Positions 7,781 through 17,415 of a stretch of 32,000 bases of DNA are shown piece after piece (position 1 is the first letter of the stretch; every line of letters begins with the position of its first letter). The notes beneath the pieces are model-generated. The model searched no databases and was not told where the DNA came from. It worked only from the letters and a program-made list of their open reading frames with translations. Location: NCBI GenBank assembly GCA_038046485.1, contig JBBSWA010000031.1, forward strand, positions 13,270 through 45,269, given 5' to 3'. The position numbers and the translations under genes are program-made. This stretch comes from Nanobdellota archaeon. Lineage in GTDB: Archaea > Nanobdellota > Nanobdellia > Woesearchaeales > SM23-78.

Positions 7781-8743
7781 ATGAAACTCAAAATCTTAAG
7801 CATCGGCGGAACAGAAGTCGGCAAGAAAGACTTACCTGAACAGTTCCTTGAGCCTGTTCGTGCTGATCTTATCCAACGTGCTGTCTTAGCCATTCATAGT
7901 CATGAGCGTCAACCTTACGGTGCCTTCCCCGAAGCTGGAAAACAAGCCAGTGCCTTCTTATCCAAACGACGAAGAAACTTCAAAGGAACGTACGGACGAG
8001 GACAATCCAGAACTCCTCGAAAGGTTCTTTCCCGAAATGGTACTCAATTCAACTTTGTTGGTGCGAACGCACCTGGAACCGTCAAAGGACGACAGGCTCA
8101 TCCCCCCAAAGCAGGCCGAATCTGGGATCAGAAAATCAATCGGCAAGAGCGGCAAAAAGCCATTCGAAGCGCCATGGCTGCAACCATGATCATTGGACTT
8201 GTTGAAAAGCGAGGTCATCACTTACCTAAAGATTACCCCTTCCTAATCGAAAGCAAGATTGAAACCATTCAAAGTACTAAAGAGGCTGTTCAGGCCTTAC
8301 ATAAACTCGGACTTACCGCTGAATTGGAACGCTGTGGTGAGAGAAGGGTTCGCGCCGGAAAAGGAAAGCTGCGTGGTCGAAAATACAAAACCCGAAAAGG
8401 ACCTCTTCTTGTCATCCAAGGAAAAACATCCCTCTTACAAGCTGCTCGTAATATCCCTGGTGTAGACATTGTTGACATCCAAAACTTGAATGCCAGCTTG
8501 CTTGCTCCCGGTACACACTATGGGCGCTTGACCTTGTTCACGGAAGGCGCCATCGAATACCTTGCTCAAAACAAACTATTCACCCGATATTCTGTCAAGC
8601 AAGTTCAAGTCCATAAGAAAAATGAAGTTCCTCAAAAAACAAACGTACAGTCAGGACCCGCTGTGGCGGGAGAAAAAAAGACTCCTAAAAAAGACACTAA
8701 AAAGGTTAAAGCACCTGCCAAAAAAGAGGTTAGCAAGAAATGA
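7781..8743 (+). CDS. rpl4: 50S ribosomal protein uL4, with a Lys-rich C-terminal extension
   Basis: 'RQPYGAFPEAGKQASA...GRGQSRTPRK' is typical of archaeal L4. Position in operon. About 60 extra K/P/E-rich residues at the C-terminus. Confidence 0.93.
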   Translation: MKLKILSIGGTEVGKKDLPEQFLEPVRADLIQRAVLAIHSHERQPYGAFPEAGKQASAFLSKRRRNFKGTYGRGQSRTPRKVLSRNGTQFNFVGANAPGTVKGRQAHPPKAGRIWDQKINRQERQKAIRSAMAATMIIGLVEKRGHHLPKDYPFLIESKIETIQSTKEAVQALHKLGLTAELERCGERRVRAGKGKLRGRKYKTRKGPLLVIQGKTSLLQAARNIPGVDIVDIQNLNASLLAPGTHYGRLTLFTEGAIEYLAQNKLFTRYSVKQVQVHKKNEVPQKTNVQSGPAVAGEKKTPKKDTKKVKAPAKKEVSKK

Positions 8744-8988
8744 TCCTCAAATATCCGCTTAGCACCGAACAAGCCTTGAGCAAGATGGACTCTGAAAATA
8801 AGTTGGTTTTCATCGTCGATCGAAAGGCAACGAAGCCTGAAATCAAGGCGGAACTCGAAAAGCTCCTCCAAGTTAAAGTAAAAAAAATCAATACACTCAT
8901 TAATCAGGATGGCGATAAAAAGGCCTACGTTCGATTTGCACAAACAAGCCGCGCCATTGATGTTGCTACTAAACTAGGATTGATGTAA
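8740..8988 (+). CDS. rpl23: 50S ribosomal protein uL23
   Basis: Operon position, ATGA overlap with uL4, and 'KLVFIVDRKATKPEIKAELEKLLQVKV'. Confidence 0.92.
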   Translation: MILKYPLSTEQALSKMDSENKLVFIVDRKATKPEIKAELEKLLQVKVKKINTLINQDGDKKAYVRFAQTSRAIDVATKLGLM

Positions 8989-9020
8989 AAGATGATGTAA
9001 AAAGAAAAAAAGGATGAATA

Positions 9021-9728
9021 ATGGGAAAGAATATCACGCAGCAGAAAAGGGGAAAGGGAAGCCCAGTCTATAAGAAACCTAGCTTCCGCTTTGCTGGAAA
9101 AATTGAATACAAGCGGGGGAATTCCTATGAAGTCCAAGACATCATCAAATGCCCGATTCATACTGCTCCTTTAGCTCAAGTCAAGTATGACTCAGGTGAA
9201 GAAGGCCACTTAATTGCCCCAGAAGGCATGCGTGTTGGCGATCACAAGACCCTTGGACAAGATCAAGTTGAAATCGGAAATGTTCTTGCCCTCAAAGATA
9301 TTCCTGAAGGAGTAACCATCTTTAACATCGAGAGTAGACCTGGAGATGGCGGAAAATTCGTACGTGCGAGCGGTCTTTCTGCGCGCATTGTAGGAAAAAG
9401 TGAAGGTGAAGTACGCGTATTACTCCCCAGTCGCGTTGAAAAAGTATTCAACCCCGATTGCCGAGCCACCATTGGAACCATCGCTGGAAGCGGAAGACCT
9501 GAAAAGCCCTTCCTCAAAGCAGGCAATAAATTCCATCTAACTCAAGCTAAACATCAATACTGGCCAAGCGTAAGTGGAACGAGCAAGAACGCCGTTGCAC
9601 ATCCTTATGGAAAAGGCCGAAGCAGCAAGAAGGGTAGACCCACGATTGCTCCAGCCCACGCACCACCTGGACGAAAGGTCGGTAAGATCAGACCTCGACA
9701 AACTGGAAGAGGAGGCAAGAAGAGCTAA
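9021..9728 (+). CDS. rpl2: 50S ribosomal protein uL2
   Basis: 'GDGGKFVRASG', 'NAVAHPYGKGRS' and 'PGRKVG' motifs. Confidence 0.95.
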   Translation: MGKNITQQKRGKGSPVYKKPSFRFAGKIEYKRGNSYEVQDIIKCPIHTAPLAQVKYDSGEEGHLIAPEGMRVGDHKTLGQDQVEIGNVLALKDIPEGVTIFNIESRPGDGGKFVRASGLSARIVGKSEGEVRVLLPSRVEKVFNPDCRATIGTIAGSGRPEKPFLKAGNKFHLTQAKHQYWPSVSGTSKNAVAHPYGKGRSSKKGRPTIAPAHAPPGRKVGKIRPRQTGRGGKKS

Positions 9729-10108
9729 TGGCAAAAAAAATATTCCTCTACCGAGGAAAAACCCTCGAAGAATTGCAGCAGCTCACCGAGAAAGAACTCT
9801 CGTTACTTTTGCCCTCCCGACAGCGACGCAACTTACGCCGAGGCTTAACTGACTTAAAGAAAAAACTCTGGAAAAAGATAGAAGCCAAAGACCAAGTCAA
9901 AACTCATATTCGTGACATGATCGTTATGCCCAGCATGATTGGAAAAACCATCAAGATCCATAGTGGAAAAGAATGGATCCCTGTTTTCCTTGAAGCTGAC
10001 ATGATCGGCTCTTACTTTGGAGAACTCGTCCTTACTCGTAAAAAAGTAAATCACAGTGCACCTGGAATTGGAGCAACCAAGAGCAGTGCGCACACCGCGG
10101 TGAAATAA
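9728..10108 (+). CDS. rps19: 30S ribosomal protein uS19
   Basis: 'GKTIKIHSGKEWIPVFLEADMIGSYFGE...HSAPGIGAT'. Operon position. Confidence 0.93.
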   Translation: MAKKIFLYRGKTLEELQQLTEKELSLLLPSRQRRNLRRGLTDLKKKLWKKIEAKDQVKTHIRDMIVMPSMIGKTIKIHSGKEWIPVFLEADMIGSYFGELVLTRKKVNHSAPGIGATKSSAHTAVK

Positions 10109-10603
10109 ATGACTCAATACAAATGCGCCTACGAACACTATGCTTTGGATAAGCATGCTAAAGCCATCGGAAGAGATTTACCCATCTCTGTTCGTGCCTC
10201 CTCTGAGATTTGCAAGCAACTCCGATTCAAACCTCTTGAAAGGGCCAAGCGCATCTTACAACAAGCCATCGATATGGAAAAACCCATTCCCTTCAACCGT
10301 TTCACTCAAGGAGCTGGACACAAGGCCGGCATGAAAGGGGGTAAATACCCCATTAAAGCCTGTACGCATATTTTACGCATCCTTGAAAGCGCTGAAGCCA
10401 ATGCCCACAGCAAGGGTTTAGCTAAAGACTTAAAAGTCATCCATGTTATCCCTCAAAAGGCAGGCAAGTCTTTCCACTACGGACGTCAAAGCCGACGAAA
10501 GTTCAAACGCACTCACATTGAAGTTGTACTGGGCGAATACAAAAAAGAAGAAGCAAAACCCCGACCCCAAAAAAATGAAGCTAAAACAGAGGCCAAGAAA
10601 TGA
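10109..10603 (+). CDS. rpl22: 50S ribosomal protein uL22
   Basis: 'AIGRDLPISVRASSEICKQLRFKPLERAKRILQQAI'. Operon position. K/E-rich tail. Confidence 0.92.
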   Translation: MTQYKCAYEHYALDKHAKAIGRDLPISVRASSEICKQLRFKPLERAKRILQQAIDMEKPIPFNRFTQGAGHKAGMKGGKYPIKACTHILRILESAEANAHSKGLAKDLKVIHVIPQKAGKSFHYGRQSRRKFKRTHIEVVLGEYKKEEAKPRPQKNEAKTEAKK

Positions 10604-11412
10604 TCGAACGTAAATTCGTTTCCCAAAATATGAAAGAACACCAAATCAAGGAGTATGTACGTCAGAGCCTGCAAAAGAGTGGACTCTCAGATGTTAAAGT
10701 ACAACGTACTCCTTTAGGTGAGCGCATCCTTATTTCGGCGAGCAGACCAGGTCTTGTTGTTGGACGAGGTGGAGCCAACATTGCTAATTTAACAAGGGAC
10801 CTCAAACAAAAGTTCAAACTCGAAAATCCTCAGATTGAAATTGAAGAAATTGGCATCTTAGGACTTGATCCTTTTATCGTAGCTGAAATGATTGCTTCCT
10901 CATTGGAGCGCTTTGGACCCTTGCGATTCAAAGGAATTGGACATCGTGCCATGACGGATGTTATGAACGCAGGTGCTATGGGTGTAGAAATCTTCATTTC
11001 CGGAAAAATCCCTAGCAGTCGAGCTAAAACGTGGCGGTTTTACAATGGTTACCTCAAAAAGTGCGGCGAGATTGCCACAACCGGCGTTAAAACGGCGTAT
11101 GCCAGTGCTTTCCTCAAAACAGGTGTTGCTGGTGTTAAAGTGAGCATCATGCCTCCTGATACAAAATTACCTGATCGAATCACCATCCGAGAAATCGGAG
11201 CGGGCGTTGAAGAAGTTAAGAATGACGGCTCTGTAAAATCTGAAATTGAAAAAGAAACTGGAGAGGCGGTTATCGATGCAAAAGAAGAAGGCCAGGAAGA
11301 CAAAGAATCTAAAGAATCCAAGGAAAAGAAAGCAAAACCGAAAAAAGAAGCTAAATCCAAAGCACCTAAAAAAGAAGTTAAAAAGCCTAAGAAAGCCGAG
11401 GAAGCCAAATGA
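10600..11412 (+). CDS. rps3: 30S ribosomal protein uS3, with a long K/E-rich tail
   Basis: KH-domain block 'RTPLGERILISASRPGLVVGRGGANI'. Operon position. About 60-aa EK-rich C-terminus. Confidence 0.93.
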   Translation: MIERKFVSQNMKEHQIKEYVRQSLQKSGLSDVKVQRTPLGERILISASRPGLVVGRGGANIANLTRDLKQKFKLENPQIEIEEIGILGLDPFIVAEMIASSLERFGPLRFKGIGHRAMTDVMNAGAMGVEIFISGKIPSSRAKTWRFYNGYLKKCGEIATTGVKTAYASAFLKTGVAGVKVSIMPPDTKLPDRITIREIGAGVEEVKNDGSVKSEIEKETGEAVIDAKEEGQEDKESKESKEKKAKPKKEAKSKAPKKEVKKPKKAEEAK

Positions 11413-11588
11413 AGTACAAAGCGCTTAAGGCCCTAACTAAAGAAGATTTAGAGAAGAAGCACATGGAAGTTCAAATTGAATTGATGAAACTCAATGCTCA
11501 AGTCGCAACCGGAGCGAATCCTAAAAATCCCGGCCAGATTCGAGTACTCAAAAAAACCATAGCGAGGATACAAACAGCCCAAAAATGA
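11409..11588 (+). CDS. rpl29: 50S ribosomal protein uL29 (59 aa; below the ORF-track size cutoff)
   Basis: My own translation is MKYKALKALTKEDLEKKHMEVQIELMKLNAQVATGANPKNPGQIRVLKKTIARIQTAQK. ATGA overlaps with uS3 (11409-11412) and SUI1 (11585-11588). This is the expected slot after uS3. Confidence 0.88.
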   Translation: MKYKALKALTKEDLEKKHMEVQIELMKLNAQVATGANPKNPGQIRVLKKTIARIQTAQK

Positions 11589-11896
11589 GTGACGTATGCA
11601 ATACGTGCGGACTGCCTAAAGAACTTTGCGTATGTGAAACCATCGCAAAGGAAAGCCAAAGGATTGTCATCCGGACGATCAAGAAAAAGTTTGGCAAAGT
11701 ATACACGATCATTGAAGGCATCAATGTCACAGAGATCAACATCAAAGACCTCACGAAAAAGCTCAAAAGCAAGTTTTCGTGCGGAGGAACCTGCAAAACA
11801 GGAGTCATCGAACTTCAGGGCAATCACCTGCGAAGCGCCAAGGAAGAGATGATTCAGCTTGGGTTTAGCCCAGGTGCCATCGAAGTTCAGGGATGA
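11585..11896 (+). CDS. translation initiation factor aSUI1 / eIF1 family
   Basis: N-terminal CxxC...CxC knuckle 'CNTCGLPKELCVC' plus the SUI1 fold block 'KFGKVYTIIEGI...KLKSKFSCGGT...IELQGNH'. Confidence 0.88.
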   Translation: MSDVCNTCGLPKELCVCETIAKESQRIVIRTIKKKFGKVYTIIEGINVTEINIKDLTKKLKSKFSCGGTCKTGVIELQGNHLRSAKEEMIQLGFSPGAIEVQG

Positions 11897-11900
11897 ACTT

Positions 11901-12137
11901 ATGAAAGCCCATGCAGAAGAATACATCGGAAGCATGCTTGAAGTTGTGCAGAGTCCCAACTCAAGCCTTACCGGATTACACGGAAAGGTCATCAACGAGA
12001 CCAAGTACACATTTGTTATTGAAACAGACAAAAAGGAGAAACGAATCATGAAGAAAGGCAACACCTTCCACATCAACGGAAAAGAAGTTCAAGGTAGCTT
12101 GATCACTAAACGACCTGAAGAGAGGCTCAAACTATGA
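11901..12137 (+). CDS. rnp1: RNase P protein component 1 (Rpp29/Pop4 family)
   Basis: 'GLHGKVINETKYTFVIETDKKEKRIMKKGNTFHINGKEVQGSLITKRPEERLK' matches the Rpp29 Sm-like barrel. Canonical slot before uS17. I prefer the ATG at 11901 over the overlapping track start at 11859. Confidence 0.8.
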   Translation: MKAHAEEYIGSMLEVVQSPNSSLTGLHGKVINETKYTFVIETDKKEKRIMKKGNTFHINGKEVQGSLITKRPEERLKL

Positions 12138-12568
12138 AACAAAATATCGGTATTTCGGTCACTGCACCTTCAACTGCGTGTACGGATCGAAACTGTCCCT
12201 TCCACGGAGATGTGCGCGTGCACGGTCGTCAATTTGTAGGTAAGGTTATTAGTGATAAGATGACCAAGACCGTTACCGTCCAATGGGAACGACGCAAATA
12301 CTGGCCTAAATACGAGCGAACAGAAATGCTCCTTAGCAGCGTCAAAGCTCATAATCCCCCCTGTGTAAATGCCAAGACCAATCAGATCGTACGCATCATG
12401 GAAACAAGGCCTCTTAGCAAGACCAAGAACTTTGCCGTTGTTCAGATCATCGGCGAACACCAAGCGGTTCACGGAGAAGACATGACTGTAAAAAAGATTG
12501 AAGAAAAGAAGGGAAAAGAAACAAAGAAAGAAGTAAAAAAAGAAACAAAGAAGGATTCAGAGGGGTAA
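12134..12568 (+). CDS. rps17: 30S ribosomal protein uS17, with a K/E-rich tail
   Basis: 'CTDRNCPFHGDVRVHGRQFVGKVISDKMTKTVTV'. Operon position. Confidence 0.93.
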   Translation: MKQNIGISVTAPSTACTDRNCPFHGDVRVHGRQFVGKVISDKMTKTVTVQWERRKYWPKYERTEMLLSSVKAHNPPCVNAKTNQIVRIMETRPLSKTKNFAVVQIIGEHQAVHGEDMTVKKIEEKKGKETKKEVKKETKKDSEG

Positions 12569-12571
12569 ATC

Positions 12572-12973
12572 ATGAAAGCCATCAAAGCCAAAGTTAGCCA
12601 CGGACTTCAAGTCGGAAGCTATGTTGAAACGTGTGACAACTCAGGCGCCAAGCTCATCAAAATCACCAATGTTCGACGCATGAAAACCGTAAAAGGGCGA
12701 AGAGCCGGAGCGGGCGTTGGCGATCTACTCATGGGTGCTGTTAAGCGAGGAAAGCCTGACATGCGAAAGCAAGTTGTCTTTGCTGTTCTGGTTCGGCAAA
12801 AGAAAGAATACCGCAGACTCGACGGAACACGCATCAAATTCGAAGACAACGCAGTTGTCGTACTCAAAGACGAAGATGGCAACCCCAAAGGCACTATCTT
12901 CAAAGGTCCTATTGCTAAAGAATCCTGCGAGCGCTGGCCGGGCGTTGCGAAACTTGCGAGGATGATTGTATGA
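12572..12973 (+). CDS. rpl14: 50S ribosomal protein uL14
   Basis: 'VGSYVETCDNSGAK' and 'IRFEDNA'-like 'IKFEDNAVVVL'. Confidence 0.95.
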   Translation: MKAIKAKVSHGLQVGSYVETCDNSGAKLIKITNVRRMKTVKGRRAGAGVGDLLMGAVKRGKPDMRKQVVFAVLVRQKKEYRRLDGTRIKFEDNAVVVLKDEDGNPKGTIFKGPIAKESCERWPGVAKLARMIV

Positions 12974-13377
12974 AACGATGGATCGCTAGTTGGAAACGAA
13001 GCGTACAACCTCGTAAACAACGTAAATACCGGTATAATGCGATTAAGCAGGTCAAAGGAAAATTCCTGTCCGGTCATTTAAATAAATCCCTTCAAGAAAA
13101 GTACAAGCGGCGCAGTTTGCGTCTACGAAAGGGCGACAAAGTAAAGATCATGCGCGGACACTACAAAGGACAAGAAGGTAAAATTGAACACATCAACCTT
13201 CGAGAATCCTTTGTTTATGTTACTAAGATCGAAGTATCCAAAAAAGATGGTAGTAAAGTAAGAGCTCCCATTCATGCCTCCAATATACTCATCCTTGATA
13301 TTGACACCAGTGATAAATACCGAATGGAAAAATTGAATACAAATGCAAAAGCAAATGCAAAAATAAAAACGGAGTAA
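12970..13377 (+). CDS. rpl24: 50S ribosomal protein uL24
   Basis: KOW motif 'LRKGDKVKIMRGHYKGQEGKI'. ATGA overlap with uL14. Confidence 0.92.
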   Translation: MKRWIASWKRSVQPRKQRKYRYNAIKQVKGKFLSGHLNKSLQEKYKRRSLRLRKGDKVKIMRGHYKGQEGKIEHINLRESFVYVTKIEVSKKDGSKVRAPIHASNILILDIDTSDKYRMEKLNTNAKANAKIKTE

Positions 13378-13381
13378 AAAA

Positions 13382-14053
13382 ATGCACCTCAAACGAATTA
13401 CGGCACCAAGAACATGGGACTTACCTAGAAAGAAAACGGTCTGGGTAACAACACCTAACCCTGGAAAACAACGCGACCTATGCTTACCCCTCGACTTTGT
13501 TTTGCGCGATGTACTTGGAAAGGCCCGCACCAAAAAAGAAGTCAACTACATTGTCACCTTTGAAGAAGTCCTTGTCAATGGCAAGCGAAGAAAGGACCGA
13601 AGATACCCTCTTGGCTTCCTAGACATCTTAACCTTCCCCAAGTTAGATGAACATTACATGCTTTTGATTAACAAGCAAAACAAGCTTTACATACAAAAAT
13701 TGAATGCCAAAGAAGCGGAGAGTCGCTTGTGCAAACTCACCAACAAAACCATTACAACTAAAGGTATCCAACTCAACTTCCTTGATGGAACAAACCTCCT
13801 TGTAAAAAAGGATGGCTATAAGACGGGAGATACCCTTGTTTTAGCTACCAAGGACAACAAAGTGATTGACCATTTGAAACTAGAAAATGGTGCCTCAGTC
13901 CTATTGTACAAAGGAAAGCATGCTGGAACCGTTACGCACATTGAAAACATTGAACAAGATAAACTTTACTTCAAAAGTGATAAACAGACTCATCAAACCA
14001 ACAAGGCCTATGCTGTTGTCATCGGCAAAGATAAACCGGTGATTAAAATATAA
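13382..14053 (+). CDS. rps4e: 30S ribosomal protein eS4
   Basis: 'MHLKRITAPRTWDLPRKK' N-terminus. Archaeal/eukaryal-specific protein in its canonical slot. Confidence 0.93.
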   Translation: MHLKRITAPRTWDLPRKKTVWVTTPNPGKQRDLCLPLDFVLRDVLGKARTKKEVNYIVTFEEVLVNGKRRKDRRYPLGFLDILTFPKLDEHYMLLINKQNKLYIQKLNAKEAESRLCKLTNKTITTKGIQLNFLDGTNLLVKKDGYKTGDTLVLATKDNKVIDHLKLENGASVLLYKGKHAGTVTHIENIEQDKLYFKSDKQTHQTNKAYAVVIGKDKPVIKI

Positions 14054-14062
14054 GGTGCCTCT

Positions 14063-14602
14063 ATGCAACAAGTAACCCAAACCAAAGTGAATCCGATGAA
14101 GGTCATTCGCATAGAGAAACTCACGCTCAATATCGGTGCAGGTACTGACCCGGCTCGATTGACCAAAGGCGTTCAACTCCTCACGAATATTGCTGGAAAA
14201 CCTCCTGTTAAAACCATCACTCAAAAAAGAATTGCAAACTGGGGCATCCGACCTGGCTTGCCTATTGGATGTAAAATCACCCTTCGTGGAGCTGAAGCTG
14301 CCGAATTGCTCCCCCGTTTACTTGCCGCAAAAGACAATGAACTGAATGAGACTTGCTTTGATGGCCATGGTAATGTTGCCTTTGGCATTCATGAATACAT
14401 CAACATTCCTGGCGTAAAGTATGATCCTAACATTGGAATTACTGGACTTCAAGCCTGTATTACCTTAGAAAGACCTGGTTATCGTATCAAACGAAGAAAG
14501 ATTTCCAAACGAAAAATTAACCCCGTTCATGGTATTACCCATGAACAAGCTGTCCAATACTTTAAAGAAAACTACAAGGTCCAAGTACGAGGAGAAGAAT
14601 AA
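14063..14602 (+). CDS. rpl5: 50S ribosomal protein uL5
   Basis: '[11 protein letters not shown]' and '[24 protein letters not shown]'. Confidence 0.94.
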   Translation: MQQVTQTKVNPMKVIRIEKLTLNIGAGTDPARLTKGVQLLTNIAGKPPVKTITQKRIANWGIRPGLPIGCKITLRGAEAAELLPRLLAAKDNELNETCFDGHGNVAFGIHEYINIPGVKYDPNIGITGLQACITLERPGYRIKRRKISKRKINPVHGITHEQAVQYFKENYKVQVRGEE

Positions 14603-14838
14603 TGACAACGAGCCATCACGAAAAAGTCATGAACCAAATCAAGGATAAGCCTGCTAAAGTTAAGAAATACTTGAAACACAATCTTCCTAAAACACGAAGC
14701 AATGGACGCAGCTTGCACCGTTGCACACGTTGTGGAAGAACCGGCAATGGCGGAAACATCAACAGCTACGGACTTAACCTATGCAGATGCTGTTTTAGAG
14801 ATATTGCTTCACATATCGGATTCAAAAAATATAGCTAG
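14602..14838 (+). CDS. rps14: 30S ribosomal protein uS14 (zinc type), with an N-terminal extension
   Basis: 'CTRCGRTG...[22 protein letters not shown]' CxxC...CxxC module. At 78 aa it is longer than the roughly 50-60 aa usual for archaeal S14. Confidence 0.9.
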   Translation: MTTSHHEKVMNQIKDKPAKVKKYLKHNLPKTRSNGRSLHRCTRCGRTGNGGNINSYGLNLCRCCFRDIASHIGFKKYS

Positions 14839-14850
14839 AGGAAAACCAAC

Positions 14851-15243
14851 ATGAGCCTAAACGACCCACTCGCCAATGTCTTAAGCTTCATACAGCTCTA
14901 TGAACGAAAGGGCAAACGCGAGGTACTCACCAAAAACAACAACAAACTCATCAAAAAAGTCCTTGTCATCTTACAAGACAAGGGTTATATTGGAAGCTTT
15001 GAAGAGATTCAGAATGCTAAAGGAGGCTTGCTCAAAATCCACTTATTGGGTAATGTCAATAAGATCGGTGTCATCAAGCCTCGATTCAAAGTACAACTCA
15101 CTGACTTTGAAAAATATGAAAAACGATACTTACCTGCGAAAGACTTTGGCATTATCATCCTCACCACAAATAAAGGCCTTATGACTCACATTGAGGCCAA
15201 AGAAAAAAAGATTGGAGGCAGGCTCGTTAGTTACTGCTACTAA
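14851..15243 (+). CDS. rps8: 30S ribosomal protein uS8
   Basis: 'MSLNDPLANVLSFIQ' N-terminus. Operon position. Confidence 0.94.
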   Translation: MSLNDPLANVLSFIQLYERKGKREVLTKNNNKLIKKVLVILQDKGYIGSFEEIQNAKGGLLKIHLLGNVNKIGVIKPRFKVQLTDFEKYEKRYLPAKDFGIIILTTNKGLMTHIEAKEKKIGGRLVSYCY

Positions 15244-15247
15244 GACC

Positions 15248-15796
15248 ATGAGTGACAAAATCATTGACGAATTGGACATCCAGCAGGGTATTACCGTTAG
15301 CTTTACCAATAACGTATTTATCATCAAAGGCCCTAAGGGAGAGGTTCAGCGTCCCTTTTACAGCACGGAGATTAAGACTACAGTTCAAAACAATAAGGTC
15401 CGATTTGAACCCACTCACAAATATACCCAGGACCATAAACGCATGATCAATACCTACAAGGCTCACCTCAAAAACAACTTCAAAGGCGTAACCCAAGGTC
15501 ATGTCTATCACTTGAAAATCTGTTCAGGTCACTTCCCCATGAATGTTACGATGAAAGGACAAACCCTTGAAGTCAAAAACCTTTTTGGAGAAGCCGTTCC
15601 TCGCACGTTAATCATCACTGAAGGGGTTTCAGCTAAAGTTGAAGGTGACAAAATCACTGTTCAAGGCATTGACAAAGAAAAAACAGCACAAGCCGCTGCG
15701 AGCATTGAACAACTCACTCGAAGACCTGGCTTTGATAAACGCGTCTTCCAAGATGGTATTTACCTGCTTGATAAAGATGGAAAGGAGTTACTATGA
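15248..15796 (+). CDS. rpl6: 50S ribosomal protein uL6
   Basis: Two-domain L6 pattern ('ITVSFTNNVFIIKGPKGEV...', 'ITVQGIDKEKTAQAAASIEQLTR'). ATG at 15248, just after the uS8 stop; the track start at 15191 overlaps uS8. Confidence 0.92.
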   Translation: MSDKIIDELDIQQGITVSFTNNVFIIKGPKGEVQRPFYSTEIKTTVQNNKVRFEPTHKYTQDHKRMINTYKAHLKNNFKGVTQGHVYHLKICSGHFPMNVTMKGQTLEVKNLFGEAVPRTLIITEGVSAKVEGDKITVQGIDKEKTAQAAASIEQLTRRPGFDKRVFQDGIYLLDKDGKELL

Positions 15797-16398
15797 AAAA
15801 AACAAACCCATCCAAATCTGCTAGTCTCCAAGAATTGCTTGCCTTGCGCAAACAAATCAAGACCGATAAACCTGATTTCATCCGACAAGACTATCACAAA
15901 AAGCTACGACTTGCTAAAAACTGGCGAAAACCCAAAGGACTTCACAGCAAGGTACGAGAAAACCGAAGGGGTTATGTCAGTAGGCTTAAACGGGGCTATG
16001 GTTCGCCTGTAGCCGTTAAAGGATTGCATCATAGTGGACTTGAACCCATCCTTGTTACGCACTTGGGCCAACTTAAGAAGATGGATAAAGCAAAGCAAGG
16101 CATTGTCTTTTCCGGTAAACTTGGTGCGCATAAGAAAATAACCCTCATCCAAGAAGCTGAAAAAGCCGGCATCAAAGTACTCAACTTAGATCCTGTTAAA
16201 TACAAAGTTAAGGTTACTGAACGCCTCAAGGAACGGCAACAGTTCCACCAAAAATACGAGGAAAAGAAAGAACAAGCCAAAAAGGTCCTTGATAAAAAAG
16301 TAGAAGCTGACAAAAAAGAAGAAAAGATTGTTGACGACAAAGAAAAGAAAGAGAACGAACGAAGAGAAGCTGAAAAAGTGCTAACCCAAAAGAAGTGA
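15793..16398 (+). CDS. rpl32e: 50S ribosomal protein eL32, with about 70 aa of K/E-rich C-terminal extension
   Basis: 'FIRQDYHKKLRLAKNWRKPKGLHSKVR' core. Canonical slot after uL6. Confidence 0.92.
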   Translation: MKKTNPSKSASLQELLALRKQIKTDKPDFIRQDYHKKLRLAKNWRKPKGLHSKVRENRRGYVSRLKRGYGSPVAVKGLHHSGLEPILVTHLGQLKKMDKAKQGIVFSGKLGAHKKITLIQEAEKAGIKVLNLDPVKYKVKVTERLKERQQFHQKYEEKKEQAKKVLDKKVEADKKEEKIVDDKEKKENERREAEKVLTQKK

Positions 16399-16402
16399 AA
16401 CC

Positions 16403-16867
16403 ATGCAACTAACCGTACAACGTAGACTCGCAAGCCAAGTGCTTAATGTAGGTCCTAAGCGCATTTGCTTTGATTCTGCCCAACTCAATGACATCAAAGA
16501 AGCCATCACCAAAGCCGATATTCGAGGCTTGATCAGTCATGGCGCGATTACTCGAATTCCAACCAAAGGCATATCCAAAGGAAGAACTCGACATAATAAA
16601 GCCCAGAAAAGAAAGGGTCTACGTAAAGGACCAGGTAGTCGAAAGGGAGGCATGCATGCTCGCTTGCCTAAGAAAGGAGCCTGGATGAATAAGGTACGCA
16701 TTCAGCGAAGGTTCCTGCAAGAACTCAAAGAGAAAAAGTTCATTAATCCTTCCATTTTCCGAGAGCTTTACTACAAATCCAAAGGTGGATACTTTAGAAG
16801 CAAACGACACATTAAATTGTACTTAGATGAACACAACCTTGTAAAGGAGGCCGGCAATGAAAAATAA
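16403..16867 (+). CDS. rpl19e: 50S ribosomal protein eL19
   Basis: 'LTVQRRLASQVLNVGPKRICFD...IRGLISHGAI'. Canonical slot. Confidence 0.93.
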   Translation: MQLTVQRRLASQVLNVGPKRICFDSAQLNDIKEAITKADIRGLISHGAITRIPTKGISKGRTRHNKAQKRKGLRKGPGSRKGGMHARLPKKGAWMNKVRIQRRFLQELKEKKFINPSIFRELYYKSKGGYFRSKRHIKLYLDEHNLVKEAGNEK

Positions 16868-17411
16868 CCAAGCTCCCATTGTGGCCTACCATCGTAAAAA
16901 AAGTGGGAAAACCAACTATAAGAAGCGCTTAAAACTCCTCCTGGGTGAGAAACCTAGGTTGGTCATCCGAAAATCCAACAAGAACATGATCGGACAGATC
17001 GTTGAATACCATCCGGATGGTGATAAAGTCTTGTTAACCATCACTTCCCAAGAACTTGTTAAACTAGGCTGGAAATATGGACGCAAGAATATCCCTGCTA
17101 GCTATTTAACTGGACTACTCCTTGGAAAAAAGGCAAAAGACAAGAAAGTCAAAGAAGCCATCCTTGATATGGGCCTTCAAACCTCGATCAATGGCGGAAG
17201 AATTTATGCTTTCCTTAAAGGAGTCGTCGAAGGAGGCATCCAAGTTCCCCACAATGAAAAAATCCTACCCAGCAATGAACGCATTGCAGGCCAACATGTC
17301 ATTCAATACATGAGCAAAGCCCAAGGAAACCAATTTGCCCAGTACAAGAAGGAGAGTTCCACTTTAGACAAAGCATTTAACGAAATCAAACAAAAAATAA
17401 TTGGAAAGTGA
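16857..17411 (+). CDS. rpl18: 50S ribosomal protein uL18
   Basis: 'GKTNYKKRLKLLLGEKPRLVIRKSNKNMIGQIVEY'. Operon position. Confidence 0.93.
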   Translation: MKNNQAPIVAYHRKKSGKTNYKKRLKLLLGEKPRLVIRKSNKNMIGQIVEYHPDGDKVLLTITSQELVKLGWKYGRKNIPASYLTGLLLGKKAKDKKVKEAILDMGLQTSINGGRIYAFLKGVVEGGIQVPHNEKILPSNERIAGQHVIQYMSKAQGNQFAQYKKESSTLDKAFNEIKQKIIGK

Positions 17412-17415
17412 TATC

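Noticed and set aside
11049-13077. Several long antisense ORFs inside the r-protein operon (11049-11408, 11498-12076, 12619-13077; also 16029-16433 and 13123-13545)
   Set aside because: Each is the reverse strand of a canonical ribosomal protein gene. K/E-rich sense codons give F/L/S-rich open antisense frames. These are shadow ORFs, not genes.
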